64,000 nucleotides of DNA from Gammaproteobacteria bacterium. GTDB lineage: Bacteria > Pseudomonadota > Gammaproteobacteria > Eutrophobiales > Eutrophobiaceae. Both the position numbers and the translations under genes were made by a program. The DNA lies in assembly GCA_965222155.1 (NCBI GenBank), contig CBDCTH010000012.1, positions 2,592,001 to 2,656,000 on the forward strand, written 5' to 3'. The notes under the pieces are model-generated. The model saw nothing but the letters and a program-made list of their open reading frames with translations, was not told the origin of the DNA and did no database searches. Below are positions 59,700 through 64,000 of the stretch, in pieces; position 1 is the stretch's first letter; each line of letters begins with the position of its first letter.

Positions 59700-60503
59700 A
59701 TGGCAACGACTGCACGAGTGCTGGCACAAGATCCAATCCTGCTCACCGGGGTAAATGCCGGTATAGCGACCCTGACCTTGAACCGGCCCCGTCAATACAA
59801 TGCCTTGTCCGAAGACATGTTGATCGCGCTGCAAGAGGCCCTGGATGATATTGCCGGGGACGATACGATCCGTGTAGTGGTCATCGCGGCAAACGGCAAG
59901 GCCTTTTGTGCGGGACACGACCTCAAGGAAATGCGTTCCAGTGAAGACCGGGCATTTCACCAGGCATTGTTTGACCGCTGCGGGACGATGATGCAAACCA
60001 TCAATAATCTGCCGCAACCGGTCATCGCAAAGGTACAGGGTATTGCCACCGCCGCAGGCTGTCAGATGGTGGCGCAGTGTGACCTGGCGGTCGCCGCGGA
60101 GACTGCCCGCTTTGCCGTGTCCGGCATCAACGTGGGATTGTTCTGCTCCACGCCGGCGGTGCCGTTGAGCCGTAACATGCAGCGCAAGCAGGCCATGCAG
60201 ATGTTGCTGACGGGCGATTTTATTGATGCAGCGACCGCCAGGCAATTCGGCCTGGTCAACATGGTCGCGCCTGTGGAGGAACTGGATTCGGCAGTCTCTT
60301 CAATGGCGGAAAAAATCGCGGCCAAATCCGCATTGGCCGTCAATTTGGGCAAAAAAATGTTTTATCAGCAGGCGAACATGGATTTGAGCGCGGCCTATCA
60401 GTTTGCCGGCGAGCGCATGACCTGCAACATGGACAGCGAGGATGCCCGGGAAGGAATAGACGCCTTTATTGAAAAACGCAAACCGGTCTGGAAAGGCAGG
60501 TAA
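59700..60503 (+). CDS. Enoyl-CoA hydratase (ECHDC3-like)
   Basis: FCAGHDLKE, ATAAGCQ, GLFCSTP. Confidence 0.92.
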   Translation: MATTARVLAQDPILLTGVNAGIATLTLNRPRQYNALSEDMLIALQEALDDIAGDDTIRVVVIAANGKAFCAGHDLKEMRSSEDRAFHQALFDRCGTMMQTINNLPQPVIAKVQGIATAAGCQMVAQCDLAVAAETARFAVSGINVGLFCSTPAVPLSRNMQRKQAMQMLLTGDFIDAATARQFGLVNMVAPVEELDSAVSSMAEKIAAKSALAVNLGKKMFYQQANMDLSAAYQFAGERMTCNMDSEDAREGIDAFIEKRKPVWKGR

Positions 60504-60542
60504 TTTTTGCCTGTCGGGCGTCCTAATCTGCTCCGTACGGAT

Positions 60543-61724
60543 TTATGTGTTGATGATGTTCTCTTCGAGCAGATCGTTGATACGTTCTAGGGTATACCCC
60601 CAATCCAGCAATATCTCTTCTGTATGCTGTCCGGGTTGCGCTGGTGGTGACTGTATCTCCGAACCGGTACGGCTGAAACGGGGTGCCGGCGCAGGTTGTG
60701 AAATTCCATCGACACTGACATAAGCATTCCTTGCCTGTGCATGAGGGTGCCGGGTTGCCTCCGTCAACGTGAGTACCGGTGCGAAACAGGAATCAGTACC
60801 GGCGAATGCCTCACACCACTCATCCCGGGTTCTCGTCAAAAATTTTTTCTGGAGTCGATCGGCAAACTCCGGCCATCGATCCCGGTTGAATTGTTGTGTA
60901 TGCAAGTCCGGGTCAGCTATTTCAAGAATATCCAGCAGCTCCCGGTAAAATCGTCCTTCTATTGCAGCAACAACTACGTATTGATTATCCTTGGTCTGAT
61001 AAGTGTTTACAAAATGGGCGCCGCCATCAAGAATGTTGCTGCCACGCTGTTCTTTCCATATTCCGGCAGCGAGCATCCCGTAAAAAGTTGTCATCATGGA
61101 GGCCGCGCCGTCGACCATCGCTGCATCCACGATTTGCCCTTTACCCGATTTTACCGCCTCCAGCATGGCGGCCAGCAATCCCATTGCAAGATACAGGGCG
61201 CCCCCACCGAAATCGCCGATCAAATTCAGGGGATAGGCCGGCGTTTCATTTCTTTTCCCGATACTACCCAGCACACCGGCGATGCCGATATAGTTGGGAT
61301 CGTGTCCTGCTGTCTTTGCCAGAGGGCCATCCTGTCCCCAACCTGTCATGCGACCGTAGACCAGCCTTTGGTTTCGCCGCAAGCACTCATCAGGACCCAG
61401 TCCGAGGCGTTCCATTACCCCTGGCCGGAAACCTTCGAATAGTGCATCGGCGCGCTCACATAACTCAAGGACAATATCCCTTCCCTGCGGTTTTTTTAAG
61501 TCTATGGCAATTGAGCGCCTGCTCCTGTTCATCAGCTTGTACTCGTCTGGTATGGAAACACCCAGATCAACCGGACCGACGCGTACTACACGCACGATTT
61601 CGGCGCCCATATCCGCCAGTAACATCCCGGTCAGTTGGGTGGGGCCGATACCGGCAATTTCAATGAGCTTGTAACCGGATAACGGTCCCTTGGCAACGCG
61701 GTTGGTAATCGTTTTTTCAGACAT
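60543..61724 (-). CDS. CaiB/BaiF CoA-transferase family, alpha-methylacyl-CoA racemase-like
   Basis: EIAGIGP, FRPGVMERLGLG, AGHDPNY, GDFGGG, PAPAPRFS. Confidence 0.9.
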   Translation of the reverse strand: MSEKTITNRVAKGPLSGYKLIEIAGIGPTQLTGMLLADMGAEIVRVVRVGPVDLGVSIPDEYKLMNRSRRSIAIDLKKPQGRDIVLELCERADALFEGFRPGVMERLGLGPDECLRRNQRLVYGRMTGWGQDGPLAKTAGHDPNYIGIAGVLGSIGKRNETPAYPLNLIGDFGGGALYLAMGLLAAMLEAVKSGKGQIVDAAMVDGAASMMTTFYGMLAAGIWKEQRGSNILDGGAHFVNTYQTKDNQYVVVAAIEGRFYRELLDILEIADPDLHTQQFNRDRWPEFADRLQKKFLTRTRDEWCEAFAGTDSCFAPVLTLTEATRHPHAQARNAYVSVDGISQPAPAPRFSRTGSEIQSPPAQPGQHTEEILLDWGYTLERINDLLEENIINT

Positions 61725-61981
61725 GGTTGCTGTTCTTTAATATAGTCGGTCAATGTTGTGCCGGATATCACCAACAACGATATAACACAACCGGTATGTC
61801 GGCTATGATAAAAGATATGTACAAAGGCAGCTATACCCTTTTTTCTATAGTAAACTATACCCCTTACCAACTCGCTGATTTAACTATACCGGACTGAAAT
61901 GAAACAGCCTTTATGGAGGCCCAGGCCGGTTCGGAAAGGCAGCTGATTTGATCTGTTGATGGCATGTAACACAATCAAACC

Positions 61982-63616
61982 ATGAGCACTGAACACTTCT
62001 ATGAAGCCGGTCTGGGTAAAAACCCGGCGAACTACGTACCGTTATCTCCGTTGACGTTTATCGAACGGACGGCATCCGTCTACCCTGATTACACGTCGGT
62101 CGTCCATGGTGAGTTGCGTTATACCTGGGCTGAGACATATACGCGCTGCCGGCGTCTGGCCTCCGCATTGCGCAACAGGGGTATCGGTAAAAACGATACG
62201 GTGTCGGTGATGTTGCCGAACATAGCGGCCATGTATGAGGCCCACTTCGGCGTGGGCATGGCGGGCGCCGTGCTGAACGCGCTCAATTACCGGCTGGATG
62301 CCGACGCTATCGCGTTCATGCTGAAACATGGCGAAGCCAAGGCGTTGATTACCGACCGTGAGTTCTCCGCCGTCATCAAGGACGCCATCGCAAAATCAGG
62401 CCTGGACCTTATAGTGATTGACGTTGATGACCCGGCTTATGAAGGAGGCGAACTGGTCGGTGAGACCGATTACGAATCTTTCCTGCTGGAAGGCGACCCT
62501 GATTTTGACTGGAACCTGCCCGCGGATGAATGGGACGCGATCGCGCTGTGCTATACCTCAGGGACTACGGGTGATCCGAAAGGGGTGGTGACCCACCACC
62601 GCGGCGCCTACCTGAACGCGGTTTCCAACCTGCTGGTATGGAATACTACTGCCCATCCTGTCTACCTGTGGACTCTGCCCATGTTTCACTGCAACGGCTG
62701 GTGCTTTCCCTGGGGGATCGCTGCGGTGGCAGGAACAAATGTGTGTCTGAGGGCGGTAAGAGCCGACGCAATTTTCTCATTGATCAGGAAAGAGAATATA
62801 GACCACCTTTGCGGCGCGCCGGTAGTATTGAACCTGCTGGCCAACGCCCCCGCTGAATTGAAACAGGGCATAGAGCGCCAGGTTAAGGTCATGACCGCGG
62901 CATCGGCCCCGCCCCCCGCGGTGTTGCAGGCCATGGAAGAAATGAACTTCCCCGTCACCCACGTATACGGCCTGACCGAGATATACGGGCCAGCGGTAGT
63001 CTGTGCCTGGCGTGAGGAATGGAATGACCTGCCCATAGAGAAACAGGCCGAAATCAAGTCAAGGCAAGGGGTGCGCTACCCCTTGCAGGAAGCCGTAATG
63101 GTGGCGGACCCGGAGACCTTGGAACCGGTCCCGAGGGATGGTGAGACGGTCGGTGAGATATTTCACCGCGGTAATATCGTGATGAAAGGCTACCTGAAAA
63201 ATCCGGGCGCAACGGAGAATGCCTTTGCTGGAGGCTGGTTCCACAGCGGCGACCTGGCCGTCTGGCATGAGGACGGTTACATGGAGATCAAGGATCGCTC
63301 AAAAGATATTATTATCTCGGGCGGTGAAAACATTTCCAGTATAGAGGTGGAAAATATGCTTTACCGTCATCCGGCTGTGCTGGAGGCTGCGGTCGTCGCC
63401 AGACCGGATGACAAATGGGGCGAGACCCCTTGTGCATTCGTGACCCTGAAAGAGGGAGAGACCCTGACCGAGGAAGACGTAGTCGATTTCTGTCGCTCCA
63501 ACATGGCCCGGTTCAAGGTGCCCAAAACCGTTGTCTTCGGGCCGCTGCCCAAGACCTCCACCGGCAAGATTCAGAAATTCATCCTGCGTGCAACAGCGCA
63601 GGAGAGGAAAGGTTAA
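61982..63616 (+). CDS. Acyl-CoA synthetase (DmdB/AAE7-like)
   Basis: YTSGTTGDPKG, PMFHCNGW, YGLTE, DRSKDIIISGGENIS, TGKIQK. Confidence 0.92.
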   Translation: MSTEHFYEAGLGKNPANYVPLSPLTFIERTASVYPDYTSVVHGELRYTWAETYTRCRRLASALRNRGIGKNDTVSVMLPNIAAMYEAHFGVGMAGAVLNALNYRLDADAIAFMLKHGEAKALITDREFSAVIKDAIAKSGLDLIVIDVDDPAYEGGELVGETDYESFLLEGDPDFDWNLPADEWDAIALCYTSGTTGDPKGVVTHHRGAYLNAVSNLLVWNTTAHPVYLWTLPMFHCNGWCFPWGIAAVAGTNVCLRAVRADAIFSLIRKENIDHLCGAPVVLNLLANAPAELKQGIERQVKVMTAASAPPPAVLQAMEEMNFPVTHVYGLTEIYGPAVVCAWREEWNDLPIEKQAEIKSRQGVRYPLQEAVMVADPETLEPVPRDGETVGEIFHRGNIVMKGYLKNPGATENAFAGGWFHSGDLAVWHEDGYMEIKDRSKDIIISGGENISSIEVENMLYRHPAVLEAAVVARPDDKWGETPCAFVTLKEGETLTEEDVVDFCRSNMARFKVPKTVVFGPLPKTSTGKIQKFILRATAQERKG

Positions 63617-64000
63617 TGGCCAGGTTTGATATCACCAGCAATGAATTGAGGGAGATCCTGTCTACGAACAAGCGGGTTGCCCTGGTCGGCTTGTCGAATG
63701 ACCCGATGCGGCCCAGCTACTTTGCCGGCAAGTACCTGCAGCAACACGGGTTTGACATCATTCCCGTCAACCCGAACTACCAGGAAATTCTGGGAGAACC
63801 CTGTTACCCTGACCTGCTATCCATACCGGGGAAAGTGGACGTGGTTGACCTGTTTCAAAGACCGGACCGGGTCATGCCGTTTGTCCGGCAGGCCATCGAA
63901 ATCGGCGCCCGGGTCGTGTGGATGCAGCTCACCATCATCAATGAGGAGGCGGCGCAACTGGCAAGGAACGCCGGATTGAAAGTGGTCATGGACCGCTGCA
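63616..64000 (+). CDS. CoA-binding protein (YccU-like), runs off the window end
   Basis: Manual translation MARFDITSNELREILSTNKRVALVGLSNDPMRPSY...VNP...VWMQL...VMDRC; start overlaps the TAA of the synthetase. Confidence 0.88.
   Translation, partial: MARFDITSNELREILSTNKRVALVGLSNDPMRPSYFAGKYLQQHGFDIIPVNPNYQEILGEPCYPDLLSIPGKVDVVDLFQRPDRVMPFVRQAIEIGARVVWMQLTIINEEAAQLARNAGLKVVMDRC

Noticed and set aside
63677-63979. ORF-track 100-aa ORF
   Set aside because: Wrong frame; the real gene is the CoA-binding protein starting at 63616
1-64000. tRNA, rRNA, riboswitch, prophage, integron or retron/RT genes
   Set aside because: None recognised by eye; tRNAscan/Infernal would be needed to exclude small RNAs

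Overview
Bacterial chromosomal window, probably from a gammaproteobacterium. The FN3/cadherin autotransporter, many TA pairs, Fic and DUF4143 ATPases and dense REP-like repeats hint at a host-associated (e.g. sponge-symbiont-like) lifestyle; this is inference. Catabolic genes (Mo-hydroxylase/purine, polyamine, D-amino acid, sulfoxide reductase, beta-oxidation) are interleaved with many mobile elements: IS4, IS21, ISAs1, an ISNCY-like IS, a RAYT, MITEs and several REP/REPIN families. The most notable candidate system is a GNAT-PIN-(GNAT-like)-EVE/PUA fusion plus an ASCH gene sitting between the mod and res genes of a type III-like restriction-modification locus, whose mod gene is split by an IS21. 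Other highlights are an aldehyde:ferredoxin oxidoreductase inside a putrescine-catabolic operon where PuuC is expected, and a quinohemoprotein PQQ dehydrogenase with the lanthanide-type DYD motif lying near a YncD/PqqU-like TonB receptor. Several recent, exactly reconstructable gene knock-outs by insertion are also present. All domain calls are by motif recognition; no searches were run.
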